DNA of 64,000 bases from Candidatus Sericytochromatia bacterium (GTDB lineage: Bacteria > Cyanobacteriota > Sericytochromatia > S15B-MN24 > UBA4093), in assembly GCA_036676495.1 (NCBI GenBank), contig JAKFCT010000010.1:55939-119938 (forward strand), read 5' to 3'. The notes beneath the pieces were generated by a model. That model saw nothing but the letters and a program-made list of their open reading frames with translations, searched no databases and was not told the DNA's origin. The position numbers were made by a program, and so were the translations under genes. Shown piece by piece: positions 48,818 through 58,649 of this stretch. Every line of letters begins with the position of its first letter. The stretch's first letter is position 1.

Positions 48818-49948
48818 GTGTTCGATATCACAGATAAGGCAGGTCTTTCCGCCGATATCAAAGTCGTTGGCGTCGGCGGAGGCGGCTCCAACGCCATCAA
48901 CCGCATGATCGCAAGCGGTCTGAGCGGAGTGGAGTTCTGGACCCTCAACACCGATGCCCAGGCGTTGGCGCTGGCCCAATCCGAGCGCCGCCTCCAGATT
49001 GGCGCGAAACTGACCCGCGGACTGGGAGCCGGCGGCAACCCGACGGTCGGCCAGAAGGCCGCCGAGGAGTCCCGTGACGAGCTGGTGGCCGCCCTCGACG
49101 GCGCCGACATGGTCTTCATCACCGCCGGCATGGGCGGAGGCACCGGGACCGGCGCCGCCGCCGTCGTCGCCCAGGTCGCCCGGGAAGTCGGCGCCCTCAC
49201 CGTCGGAGTCGTGACCCGCCCCTTCACCTTCGAGGGCCGGCGTCGCAGCCAGCAGGCCGAACAGGGCATCCAGGCCCTCAAGGACTGCGTCGACACCCTG
49301 ATCATCATCCCGAACGACAAGCTCCTGCAGGTCGTCGAGAAGCGCACGTCCATGCAGGAAGCCTTCCACATCGCCGACGACGTGCTGCGCCAGGGCGTCC
49401 AGGGCATTTCCGACATCATCACCATCCCCGGCCTGATCAACGTGGACTTCGCCGACGTCAAGTCCGTCATGTCCTCCGCCGGCTCGGCCCTCATGGGCAT
49501 CGGCATCGGCCAGGGTGAAGGCCGCGCCATCGAGGCCGCCCGGACCGCCGTCAGCAGCCCCCTGCTCGAGGCCACCATCAACGGCGCTTCCGGCGTCATC
49601 TTCAACGTCACCGGCGGCAACGACCTCACCCTCTACGAAGTCAACGAGGCCGCCGAGGTCATCTACTCGTCGGTGGACTCCGAGGCCAACATCATCTTCG
49701 GCGCGGTGGTCGACGAGCGCCTCCAGGGCGAGATCCGGATCACCGTCATCGCCACCGGCTTCGACGGCAAGATGCAGATGGCGACCGCCACCGCCCCGCA
49801 GGCCGTCAAGGAGCCCGTCCGCCAGCAGGTGATTCCCGCCACTCCGGCCACGCCGGTCGCTCCGGTCGCCCCTCCGGCGCTCGATCCCCAGGGCTCGCCG
49901 GATATCCCCGAGTTCCTCCGCGGCTCGGGCTTCAAGCGGCCCTTCTAA
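48818..49948 (+). CDS. ftsZ: cell division protein FtsZ
   Basis: [26 protein letters not shown]-terminal DIPEFLR. Confidence 0.99.
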   Translation: MFDITDKAGLSADIKVVGVGGGGSNAINRMIASGLSGVEFWTLNTDAQALALAQSERRLQIGAKLTRGLGAGGNPTVGQKAAEESRDELVAALDGADMVFITAGMGGGTGTGAAAVVAQVAREVGALTVGVVTRPFTFEGRRRSQQAEQGIQALKDCVDTLIIIPNDKLLQVVEKRTSMQEAFHIADDVLRQGVQGISDIITIPGLINVDFADVKSVMSSAGSALMGIGIGQGEGRAIEAARTAVSSPLLEATINGASGVIFNVTGGNDLTLYEVNEAAEVIYSSVDSEANIIFGAVVDERLQGEIRITVIATGFDGKMQMATATAPQAVKEPVRQQVIPATPATPVAPVAPPALDPQGSPDIPEFLRGSGFKRPF

Positions 49949-49974
49949 GCGCCCCGCCCCAACCTCGTGCCTGA

Positions 49975-50008
49975 GCAACCCCTCCGCGCCTTCCGTCGGA
50001 GGGGTTGC
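49975..50008 (+). terminator. hairpin after ftsZ
   Basis: gcaacccctccg...cggaggggttgc. Confidence 0.6.
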
Positions 50009-50053
50009 CCGCTTGAGGCGCGAGTCCCGTGAGTGCCGCATGCCTCCGAGGGC

Positions 50054-50080
50054 CTGGATTCCCGCTTTCGCGGGAATGAC
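50054..50080. repeat. REP-like palindrome (ATTCCC-N8-GGGAAT)
   Basis: ctggattcccgctttcgcgggaatgac; single copy in the window. Confidence 0.6.
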
Positions 50081-50203
50081 GCCCAAGCGTGCGTCGGCGC
50101 CAAGCGCATAGCCACTCTACGCGCGTCGCTGGCCTGATGACACGGGTTTACGATAGAATGGACGATGGGACCGCATTCCCATTTCCAGAAAGGCAGAGCA
50201 TCC

Positions 50204-52999
50204 GTGGAGTACAAGCAAACCGTCAATCTTCCCACGACCGACTTTCCCATGCGGGCTAATTCCGCCGCACGCGAGCCCGAAATCCAGGCGAAATGGTCGG
50301 AGCAGGGAATTTACGAGCGGATGCTGGAAAAGCGTGAGGGTGCTCCGTCCTACATCCTGCATGACGGCCCTCCCTACTCCAGCTCGGGCAACATCCACAT
50401 CGGCCATGCCCTCAACAAGACCCTCAAGGACATCGTGGTCAAGTACAAGGCCATGAGCGGCTTCTACGCCCCCTTCGTGCCCGGCTACGACACGCACGGC
50501 CTCCCCACCGAGCTCGCCGCCCTCAAGGCCCTCAAGACGAGTTCCAAGGACCTCTCGGCCCTCGAAGTCCGCGCCCTCAGCAAGGAGTTCGCCCTCAAGT
50601 CCATCGAGACCCAGAAGGGGCACTTCATGCGCCTGGGCGTCTTCGGGGACTGGGACCATCCCTACGTCACCCTGGATCCCAAGTTCGAGGCCGCGCAGAT
50701 TCGCGTCTTCGGCGACATGATGCAGGCCGGCTACATCTACAAGGGCCTGAAGCCCGTCTACTGGTGCTCGTTCGACACCACCGCCTTGGCCGAGGCCGAG
50801 GTCGAGTACGCCGACCACACCTCGCCCTCCATCTTCGTGCGTTTCCCGGTGGGGGACAGCCCCAACCCCGCCATCAAGGCCATGGTGGGCGACCTCTCTA
50901 TCGCCATCTGGACCACCACCCCCTGGACCCTTCCCGCCAACCTGGCCGTGGCCCTGGGGCCCGACTTCGACTACGGCGTCTACCAGGTGGAAGGCCACGG
51001 CCGTGTGCTGATGGCGACGGCGCTCGCTGAGGACGTCCTCGCGACCGCCGGTCTCACGGGCGTCCCGTTCGAGGGGATGACCTTCAAGGGCCGCGACCTC
51101 GAGGGCACCACCTACCAGCACCCCTTCCTCGACCGCAAGAGCCCCGTGATCCTGGGCGATCACGTCACGCTCGACGCCGGTACCGGCGCGGTCCACACCG
51201 CCCCCGGCCACGGTCTCGAGGACTACCAGGTCGGCCTCAAGTACGGCCTTCAGGTGCTCGCCCCCCTCAACGACCGGGGCATCTTCACCGCCGAGGCCGG
51301 CCCCCTTGTCGAGGGCATGCCCTACTTCAAGGCCAACCCGACCATCATCGAGGCCCTGCGCGAGCGCGGCGTGCTGCTGCACCACCAGGAGTTCCAGCAC
51401 TCCTACCCCCACTGCTGGCGCTGCCATAACCCGGTCATCTATCGCGCCACCGAGCAGTGGTTCGCCTCGATCGACGCCTTCCGCCAGAAGACCCTCGATG
51501 CCATCAAGGGCGTCAAGTGGCTGCCCGGCTTCGGCGAGGTCCGCATCTCCAACATGGTCGCCGACCGCGGCGACTGGTGCATCTCGCGTCAGCGCAGCTG
51601 GGGCGTGCCCATCCCCGTCTTCTACTGCGCGCACGACCATGAGCCCCTGATCACCCCCGAGACCATCGACCGCGTCGCGGCGAAGTTCGAGGCCGAAGGC
51701 TCGGATGCCTGGTGGAAGTACGACGCCGAGGCCTTCCTGGGCCATGACTTCTCCTGCACCAAGTGCGGCTCCACGGAGTTCATCCAGGAGCGCGACGTCA
51801 TGGACGTCTGGTTCGACTCCGGCACGACCTGGAGCGGCGTCCTGGAAGCGCGCCCCGAGCTGCGCTTCCCGGCCGACCTCTACTTGGAGGGCGCCGACCA
51901 GTACCGCGGCTGGTTCCAGTCCTCGCTGCTGACCGCCATCGCGACCCGGGGTCAGGCTCCCTACAAGATGGTCCTCACCCACGGCTTCACCATGGACGCT
52001 CAAGGCCGCAAGATGAGCAAATCGCTCGGCAACACGATCGAGCCCCAAAAGGTGATCCAGCAGTACGGCGCGGACGTCCTCCGGCTCTACGTCTCCAGCG
52101 TGGACTACACCGGCGACGTGCGGATCTCGGATCTCAGCTTCAAGCAGCTCTCCGAGGTCTACCGCAAGATCCGCAACACAGCGCGCTATCTGATGGCCAA
52201 CCTCAACGACTTCGATCCCAAGGATGCGGTCGCCTACGACGCGCTCCCCGAGATCGACCGCTACGCCCTGCACCGGCTCTATCAGGTCACCCAGGAGATC
52301 ACGTCGAACTTCGAGACCTTCCAGTTCTTCCAGTTCTTCCAGACCATCCAGAACTACGCGGTGGTGGACCTTTCGAGCTTCTACCTGGACGTGGCCAAGG
52401 ACCGCCTCTACGCCGAGGCGCCCGATGCCCTCTCGCGCCGCGCCGCCCAGACGGTCATGCACGAGATCCTGCAGGCCATGCTGCGGATGGTGGCCCCGGT
52501 GCTTTCGCACCTCGCCGAAGACATCTTCACCTACCTGCCCGCCGCGCAGAAGCCGGACGCCGCTTCGGTCTTCTTGCTCGACTGGCCGAAGATCCCCGAG
52601 TCCTACCGTAACGAGGAGCTCGCCGAGCGCTGGGAGCGGATCCTCACGCTTCGCGAGATCGTCAACAAGGGCCTCGAAGAGGCGCGTCAGGCCAAGGTCA
52701 TCGGCTCGGGCCTGGACGCGCACGTGACGCTCGCTCCCAAGACCCGCGAGGCGCGCGAGCTGCTCGAAGGGCTGGGCGACGATCTGACCAAGGTGCTGAT
52801 CGTCTCGGGCGTCACCATTGCGGACGCCGCGGCTGCCGAGGGTCCCGAGGGTGACCTCGGAGTCACGGTGGAGCGCGCCTCGGGCGAGAAATGCGAGCGC
52901 TGCTGGACGTACTCGGTGGAAGTCGGCACGCATCACGCTCACCAGACTCTCTGCACGCGCTGCGTCGGAGTGGTCGGTGGTCTGGTATCCCACGGTTAG
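50204..52999 (+). CDS. ileS: isoleucyl-tRNA synthetase (type 1)
   Basis: HDGPPY, HIGH, WCISRQR, KMSKS, C-terminal CERC..C..C. Confidence 0.98.
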   Translation: MEYKQTVNLPTTDFPMRANSAAREPEIQAKWSEQGIYERMLEKREGAPSYILHDGPPYSSSGNIHIGHALNKTLKDIVVKYKAMSGFYAPFVPGYDTHGLPTELAALKALKTSSKDLSALEVRALSKEFALKSIETQKGHFMRLGVFGDWDHPYVTLDPKFEAAQIRVFGDMMQAGYIYKGLKPVYWCSFDTTALAEAEVEYADHTSPSIFVRFPVGDSPNPAIKAMVGDLSIAIWTTTPWTLPANLAVALGPDFDYGVYQVEGHGRVLMATALAEDVLATAGLTGVPFEGMTFKGRDLEGTTYQHPFLDRKSPVILGDHVTLDAGTGAVHTAPGHGLEDYQVGLKYGLQVLAPLNDRGIFTAEAGPLVEGMPYFKANPTIIEALRERGVLLHHQEFQHSYPHCWRCHNPVIYRATEQWFASIDAFRQKTLDAIKGVKWLPGFGEVRISNMVADRGDWCISRQRSWGVPIPVFYCAHDHEPLITPETIDRVAAKFEAEGSDAWWKYDAEAFLGHDFSCTKCGSTEFIQERDVMDVWFDSGTTWSGVLEARPELRFPADLYLEGADQYRGWFQSSLLTAIATRGQAPYKMVLTHGFTMDAQGRKMSKSLGNTIEPQKVIQQYGADVLRLYVSSVDYTGDVRISDLSFKQLSEVYRKIRNTARYLMANLNDFDPKDAVAYDALPEIDRYALHRLYQVTQEITSNFETFQFFQFFQTIQNYAVVDLSSFYLDVAKDRLYAEAPDALSRRAAQTVMHEILQAMLRMVAPVLSHLAEDIFTYLPAAQKPDAASVFLLDWPKIPESYRNEELAERWERILTLREIVNKGLEEARQAKVIGSGLDAHVTLAPKTREARELLEGLGDDLTKVLIVSGVTIADAAAAEGPEGDLGVTVERASGEKCERCWTYSVEVGTHHAHQTLCTRCVGVVGGLVSHG

Positions 53000-53062
53000 C
53001 GCGCTCAACGCCGCGCAGGTCCTGTTAGACAACGACGTTTAAAGGAGGCCCCCTTGGAGACC

Positions 53063-54007
53063 ATGTCCTCGTCCGCCTTGCAGATTCGCAAGTTCACCAT
53101 CGGCGACCTTCCGCGGGTCGCCGAGATCCGGAACGCTTCGCTCGCCATTTCCCCCGACTTCTACTCGATGACGGTGGACCGGATCCGGTCGACGGGCATG
53201 ACCTCCGAGCTGCAGCTCACCAGCGAGATCCTGGTGGCCGAGCGCGACGGCGTGGTCCGCGGGTACATCCACATCTACACCGATCCGCACCTCATGGGGC
53301 TCGGCCGCATCAACATCGACGCCTTCCACGTGCATCCCGAGGAGCGCCGCAGCGGCGTCGGGGCCTTGCTGCTGGAAGCCGCCGAGGCCAAGGCCCGCGA
53401 GTGGAACGGCCGCTACATGAGCATCGCCATTCCCGCCGCCGTCGAGACCTCCCAGACCTTCCTCATCAAGCACCAGTTCCAGCTGATGCGCTACTTCTGG
53501 AAGCTGCGGCACGCGGGCCTGGAGGGCCTTCCCGCCGCCGAGCTGCCCGGCAACCTCCGCTTCCGGACGTTCCGGCGGGGGATGGACGAGGCCGCCTACG
53601 TCGAGCTGCTCAACGCCACCTTCGCGGAGCACTGGGACTTCGCTCCGATCACCCAGCCCGAGCTCGAGGAGTGGAACCAGCGGCCGGATTTCGATCCCCG
53701 CGGCTGCTTCTTCATCGTGGACGGCGAGCGCGAGATCGCCCACATCACCGTGCTGGTCGATCCGAAGCGCTTCGAGGAGACCCATGACGCCGCGGCGCGG
53801 GTCTTCGAGCTGGGCGTCCTTCCCGAGTACCGCGGCAAGGGCCTGGGCTACCAGCTGCTCTTGAAGGCCTCGGAGTTCAGCCGCATGCACGAGCTCAACG
53901 CCCTCGAGCTGGTGGTGGACGGCCAGAACGACGGCGCCAAGGGCATGTACGAGCAGATGGGCTTCCAGGAGAAGCGCGCCATCCTGGTCTTCCACAAGGC
54001 GCTCTGA
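53063..54007 (+). CDS. tandem GNAT acetyltransferase (MshD-like fold)
   Basis: Two motif A segments (VHPEERRSGVG; VLPEYRGKGLG); start may be TTG 53054. Confidence 0.85.
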   Translation: MSSSALQIRKFTIGDLPRVAEIRNASLAISPDFYSMTVDRIRSTGMTSELQLTSEILVAERDGVVRGYIHIYTDPHLMGLGRINIDAFHVHPEERRSGVGALLLEAAEAKAREWNGRYMSIAIPAAVETSQTFLIKHQFQLMRYFWKLRHAGLEGLPAAELPGNLRFRTFRRGMDEAAYVELLNATFAEHWDFAPITQPELEEWNQRPDFDPRGCFFIVDGEREIAHITVLVDPKRFEETHDAAARVFELGVLPEYRGKGLGYQLLLKASEFSRMHELNALELVVDGQNDGAKGMYEQMGFQEKRAILVFHKAL

Positions 54008-54807
54008 TGCCCGAGCCCGCGTCCACCCCGAAGCGCCTCGGAAACGGCTTCGAGCTGACCCGGGAGAGCGTCATGCGCTGCCCGGGCCTTGACGTGCCTC
54101 ACGCCTTCTCCACCCGTCAGGGAGGCGTGAGCACGGGCCCCTACGCCAGCCTCAACCTCGCCCTCGCCTCGGGGGACGCCCGCGAGAACGCCCTGGAAAA
54201 CCGCCGCCGCTTCGCGGAGCGAGCGGGCTTCGGGGCGTTTCCCCGCACCGCCCACCAGGTGCATGGGGCGGTCGTCAACGTGGCCACTTCCCAGCCCTTC
54301 CCGGAAGGAACCCAGGGCGACATCGTCATCACGAACGAGAAGGGCCTGGCCGTGGGAGTCTTCGTGGCGGACTGCGTGCCCGTCTTGCTGCATGCCCCCG
54401 ACGTCGGGGCGGTGGCGGCCGTGCACGCCGGCTGGCGGGGAACGGCCCTCGGAGCATCCCGCGTGGCCGTGGAAGCCTTGCAGGCGACCTACGGCGCGGA
54501 TCCCCGGCACATGGTCGCGGCGATCGGCCCGAGCATCAAGGGCTGCTGCTACCAGGTCGGCCCGGAGGTCGCGGAGGCCATGCAGGCGCTACCCGATCCG
54601 GCGGCGTGCCTCGCGGCGGACGGCGATCGCTACAAGCTCGACGTCCAGGAAGCCAACCGGCAGCAACTGGAAGCCGCGGGACTCCTGGCGGCGAACGTCC
54701 ACGTGAGCGGGCTCTGCACCCATTGCCGGGAAGACCTGTTCTTCTCGTACCGGCGCGACGGGGCGCAATCGGGTCGCTTGATCGGGGCGATCGCCCTGCC
54801 CTCCTGA
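54007..54807 (+). CDS. pgeF: peptidoglycan editing factor PgeF (YfiH/YlmD)
   Basis: QVHG, ADCVP, HAGWRG, IGPSI..CCY, FFSYRR. Confidence 0.93.
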   Translation: MPEPASTPKRLGNGFELTRESVMRCPGLDVPHAFSTRQGGVSTGPYASLNLALASGDARENALENRRRFAERAGFGAFPRTAHQVHGAVVNVATSQPFPEGTQGDIVITNEKGLAVGVFVADCVPVLLHAPDVGAVAAVHAGWRGTALGASRVAVEALQATYGADPRHMVAAIGPSIKGCCYQVGPEVAEAMQALPDPAACLAADGDRYKLDVQEANRQQLEAAGLLAANVHVSGLCTHCREDLFFSYRRDGAQSGRLIGAIALPS

Positions 54808-54992
54808 TCGAGAACCGCCTTGCCGTTCCGGCCTCAAACCCAAAAGACAAGCCAATCTTAACGTAAGCTACGCTTTCAAGCGCCCGATGACTAAGGCAGG
54901 AGGCGCCGCCATGCGCGCGGCCTTTCGGCCGGCCTCCTGCCACGCGGATTCGCGTGTTCGTCCCCGAGACCTCGCACCCAAAGGAGTCGTCC

Positions 54993-56309
54993 GTGGTAGC
55001 AAAGCATTCGATGGCAGCCATGCTCGTTGGCACCCTGGTCATGGGCACGGTGGGTTGTGCGATGGTCCCCGGAGCGACGGATTCCCGCGGCTTCGGCACG
55101 GGTGGCTCCGACAGCGTTTCCGCTTCGGCCGTGGCCAAGCAATTGATCGTCAAGCGGCGCGACGGTTACCTCGGCGCCAAGCTCACCATGACCGGCGTGC
55201 GGACCCTCCGGGCCAACACGGCGCTCGGCATGGAAGTGGTCACCGCGGAAGGCCGCTCGCCCAGCGAGCTGGCCGAGCAGTTGAAGCGCGACCCGTCGGT
55301 CGAGTGGGTGGAGCCCAACCGCTACCTCTCGCTCCCGGCTCCGTTCAACGGCAAGCCTGCAAAGGCGGCCTCCTTTGTCGACGCCAAGCCCAACGATCCT
55401 TCCGCCAAGGACCAGTACCACCTCGGCAAGGTGAACGCCTTCTCCGCCTGGGACCTCACCCAGGGCGCCGGCGTCACCGTGGCGGTCCTCGACACCGGCG
55501 TGGACCTCAACCACCCCGACCTCAAGGCCAACCTCGTCAAGGGCTACGACGCCATCGCCAAGACCAACACCCCCAAGGACATGAACGGCCACGGCACCCA
55601 CGTGGCGGGCGTCATCGCGGCCGTCACCAACAACCGCCAGGGCGTCGCCGGCGTCGCTCCCGGCGCCAAGATCATGCCCATCAAGGTGCTGGGTGAGAAC
55701 GGCGGGGGCGACCTCGGCTCGATCATCGACGGCATCCAGTGGGCCACCGACAACGGCGCCCAGGTCATCAACATGAGCCTCGGCGGCCCCATCGAGAGCC
55801 CCTCCTGGGCCGAAGCCGTGAAGTACGCCTCCAAGAAGAACGTCGTGGTCGTGGCGGCCATGGGCAACGAGCGCGACCAGGGCAACCCCAAGAACCAGCC
55901 CGCGGCGACCCCCGGCGTGATCGCGGTCGGCGCGACCGACCCCAACGACAAGGTCACCGAGTTCTCGTCCTTCGGCGAGTGGATCTCGGTGGCGGCTCCC
56001 GGCTTCGCCATCAAGTCGACCTTCCCGACCTATGCCTGCGAAACCTACACCGCCTACAAGCAGAACCCCGAGTACTTCCCCCCCGAGACCAAGATCTCGC
56101 TGAAGTACGCCGCCGTCTCGGGCACCTCTCAGGCCTCTCCGGTGGTCGCCGGCGTCGTCGCCCTGCTGAAGGCCAAGAACCCCCGCCTCACCCCCGCGCA
56201 AGCTCGCCAGGCCCTCATGAGCACGGCCGTGGACCTGGGCAAGAAGGGCTTCGACGAGGACTTCGGAGCCGGCCGGGTGGACGCCCTCAAGGCCCTCAAG
56301 GCCATCTAG
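54993..56309 (+). CDS. S8 subtilisin-like serine protease, probable lipoprotein
   Basis: DTG, HGTHVAG, GTSQASP catalytic triad; TVGC lipobox. Confidence 0.92.
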   Translation: MVAKHSMAAMLVGTLVMGTVGCAMVPGATDSRGFGTGGSDSVSASAVAKQLIVKRRDGYLGAKLTMTGVRTLRANTALGMEVVTAEGRSPSELAEQLKRDPSVEWVEPNRYLSLPAPFNGKPAKAASFVDAKPNDPSAKDQYHLGKVNAFSAWDLTQGAGVTVAVLDTGVDLNHPDLKANLVKGYDAIAKTNTPKDMNGHGTHVAGVIAAVTNNRQGVAGVAPGAKIMPIKVLGENGGGDLGSIIDGIQWATDNGAQVINMSLGGPIESPSWAEAVKYASKKNVVVVAAMGNERDQGNPKNQPAATPGVIAVGATDPNDKVTEFSSFGEWISVAAPGFAIKSTFPTYACETYTAYKQNPEYFPPETKISLKYAAVSGTSQASPVVAGVVALLKAKNPRLTPAQARQALMSTAVDLGKKGFDEDFGAGRVDALKALKAI

Positions 56310-56324
56310 CTCACCGCCATCGAC

Positions 56325-56358
56325 AAGGCCCCCGGAACCCAAGGGTTCCGGGGGCCTT
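56325..56358. terminator. bidirectional terminator
   Basis: aaggcccccggaaccc-aa-gggttccgggggcctt. Confidence 0.8.
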
Positions 56359-56408
56359 CTTCGGTTAATCGTCTCGACGGGGGGACTCCAGGAGGGTCTT
56401 ACGGGTCA

Positions 56409-56927
56409 TTACACGCCGCGGAAACGCGCCTCGGCGTGCCGGGTGCTCTCCTGGTCGAAGAGCTCGAGCTCGTAACGCACCACCCGGAAGGAAAGGCGCA
56501 ACTCCATGAACTGCTCGATCAGGCCCGCGAAGATCATCCCGATGGAGGCCAGGAAGATGGCCTTGGTGGCCACCTGGAGCCAAGGCCAGCCGAGATCTTG
56601 CTGCAGCGCGATGAAGAAGCAGGTGACGATGATCAGGAAGACGGAGACGAAGAGCATGACCGTCGCGTCGCGAAGGTGCCGGGCCCGGCGGAAGATCAAG
56701 GCGAGTTGGCGGTCCAGGCTCTCGCGGCGGCTGAGCTGCTCCGCCGAGAGGCCGGTGGAGAGCATGAGGGCGCGGCGCTCTTCGTTGAGCGTCCGCAAGC
56801 GGGTGATGAGATCCGAGTACTTGGTCTCGGTCGCGGAAATCAGGACCGCGCAGCCGGACAGCACCACGGCGGGCGCCAGCGCGCTGGAAACGAACGTGAT
56901 GGGGTTGAGAGCCGCCACTACTCCCAT
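56409..56927 (-). CDS. DUF2721 family membrane protein
   Basis: ALAPAVVLSG..RLR.L pattern, 3 TMs. Confidence 0.75.
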   Translation of the reverse strand: MGVVAALNPITFVSSALAPAVVLSGCAVLISATETKYSDLITRLRTLNEERRALMLSTGLSAEQLSRRESLDRQLALIFRRARHLRDATVMLFVSVFLIIVTCFFIALQQDLGWPWLQVATKAIFLASIGMIFAGLIEQFMELRLSFRVVRYELELFDQESTRHAEARFRGV

Positions 56928-57745
56928 TTGATTTCGATGCCTCCTACCCGGGTCTCTGCTTCGAGGTCGATCCGCCCCGTGGCGGTCGCGAAGTTGGGGC
57001 TCACCCAGCGGCCTTCTTCCTGGACCAGCTCGGCGGGGAGCTTGACCCGGGAAGCCCAGCCGTCAGCGGCCTTGACTCTCAGGCCCAGGCTGCGGGGAAC
57101 GCGAATGACGAGGCGGCCGACCGAAACGGAGGCCTTGACCAGCCCCTTGCGGCGGTAATCCCCGGCGAAGTCCAGTTCCGAGTTGCCGACGCCGCCCTTG
57201 AACTCGAAGGTCTCGAAGTTGGCGTTGCCGAGGCCGATCCCCTGCACGTTGGCGGCGGCCGCCTCGATGCGCATCTTCTCCAGGACGACGGGGTTGGGGG
57301 TGTTGAAGCGGAGAGTCGCGAGGCTGGCCCCCATCAGCAAGGTGCAGTCCTTGAGGCGCAGGCCGGTGAAGTCGAGGTCGCTCTTGGCGGTGCCGAGGTC
57401 GGCGTGGAGCGTCAGGGGCAGCTTCTGGGTGAAGGACAGGGTCCAGGAGTTCTTGCCCGGAACCGCGAGCTTGCGCTGAGCGAGGGTATAAATCGAGAGC
57501 GTGCCCTCGGCGTAACGCGCCTTGGGCTCGAGATTCTCCGGATCGACCTCGGCGCGCACGTCGTAGAGCTTGTCGAAAGCTCCCGGCTCGAGCCTCACCT
57601 CTCCGGTTCCGAGGGTCATCTCGACGGCCAGGGCTTTCTCCCCCTTGATGGGGCGAGCGTCGTGGAAGGTTTGGGAAAGGGCCCGGGCCGGAGCGCTCGT
57701 AAGCAAGAGGATCGCGGCGGTCAGGGGAATCATGGCGTTCATCAT
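56918..57745 (-). CDS. secreted beta-solenoid protein (toast-rack / LiaF-like)
   Basis: Signal peptide; repeated G.G...LDF.G beta motifs. Confidence 0.55.
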   Translation of the reverse strand: MMNAMIPLTAAILLLTSAPARALSQTFHDARPIKGEKALAVEMTLGTGEVRLEPGAFDKLYDVRAEVDPENLEPKARYAEGTLSIYTLAQRKLAVPGKNSWTLSFTQKLPLTLHADLGTAKSDLDFTGLRLKDCTLLMGASLATLRFNTPNPVVLEKMRIEAAAANVQGIGLGNANFETFEFKGGVGNSELDFAGDYRRKGLVKASVSVGRLVIRVPRSLGLRVKAADGWASRVKLPAELVQEEGRWVSPNFATATGRIDLEAETRVGGIEIKWE

Positions 57746-57802
57746 GCCTCTATGCTAGGCCATTCCAAGCTTTCAAGCAACTAAATCGGGAGGAGAATTG
57801 CC

Positions 57803-58579
57803 GTGCCGAAAGCCCCCCTCGTCATCGGGCACCGTGGGGCCGGGGGCCATGCCCCGGAAAATACGCTCGCCGCGTTCCGGCTCGGCCTCGCCATGGGGGC
57901 GGACGGGGTGGAATGCGACATCCACATGAGCCGCGACGGGCGGATCGTGGTGATCCACGACGCCACGCTGGATCGGACCACCAGCGGCACGGGCCGGGTG
58001 GGAGAGCAGAGCTTCGCCGAGCTTCAGGCACTGGATGCCGGGAGCTGGTTCGATGAGGCTTTCGAGGGCGAGCGGATCCCGTCCCTGGAAGCGGTCTTCG
58101 AGGTTCTGCGGGAGGCCGAGCGCGAGACGGGTCGGGAGCGTTGGTTCTTCATCGAGCTGAAGCACGGCAACGAGATTTACCCGGGGATCGAGGAGCAGTT
58201 GGTGCTGGCGATCGCCGCCTCGGGGCATGCCGAGCGCGTGGGGGTGATCAGCTTCGATCACCGGGCGATCTCACGGCTGCGAGCGCTGAATCCGAGCCTG
58301 CGGACGGGGGTCCTTTACGACGCGCGGCCGGTGGATGCGGCGGCGCTGGCGCAGGCGGCCGGAGCGGGCTGGATCGGGCCCGCGGTGAAGTGGGTGGACG
58401 CCGCGGAAGTGGCGCAGGCGCGCGAGGCCGGTCTGGAGGTCTTCGTCTGGACGGCGAACCAGGAGGAGGCGATGCGCCGGGTGCTGGAGCTGGGGGTGAC
58501 GGCGGCGGGGAGCGACTATCCGGATCGCTTGCTCGCCATGCGCGCGAATTCCCGCTTCCCCGCCACCAACCCGAATTAG
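57803..58579 (+). CDS. glycerophosphodiester phosphodiesterase
   Basis: GHRG, PENTLAAF, ECD, HDATLDRTT, IELK, VWTAN, DYP. Confidence 0.93.
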   Translation: MPKAPLVIGHRGAGGHAPENTLAAFRLGLAMGADGVECDIHMSRDGRIVVIHDATLDRTTSGTGRVGEQSFAELQALDAGSWFDEAFEGERIPSLEAVFEVLREAERETGRERWFFIELKHGNEIYPGIEEQLVLAIAASGHAERVGVISFDHRAISRLRALNPSLRTGVLYDARPVDAAALAQAAGAGWIGPAVKWVDAAEVAQAREAGLEVFVWTANQEEAMRRVLELGVTAAGSDYPDRLLAMRANSRFPATNPN

Positions 58580-58649
58580 GCACGCCGAACACGCCGCATG
58601 CCGCCCGCGAGGCTAGGATGGTTCTCGGCGACGCGTCGAGGAGGGAACC

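Noticed and set aside
49950-50203. T-box riboswitch upstream of ileS
   Set aside because: No GGTGGNACCGCG T-box motif or terminator/antiterminator visible.
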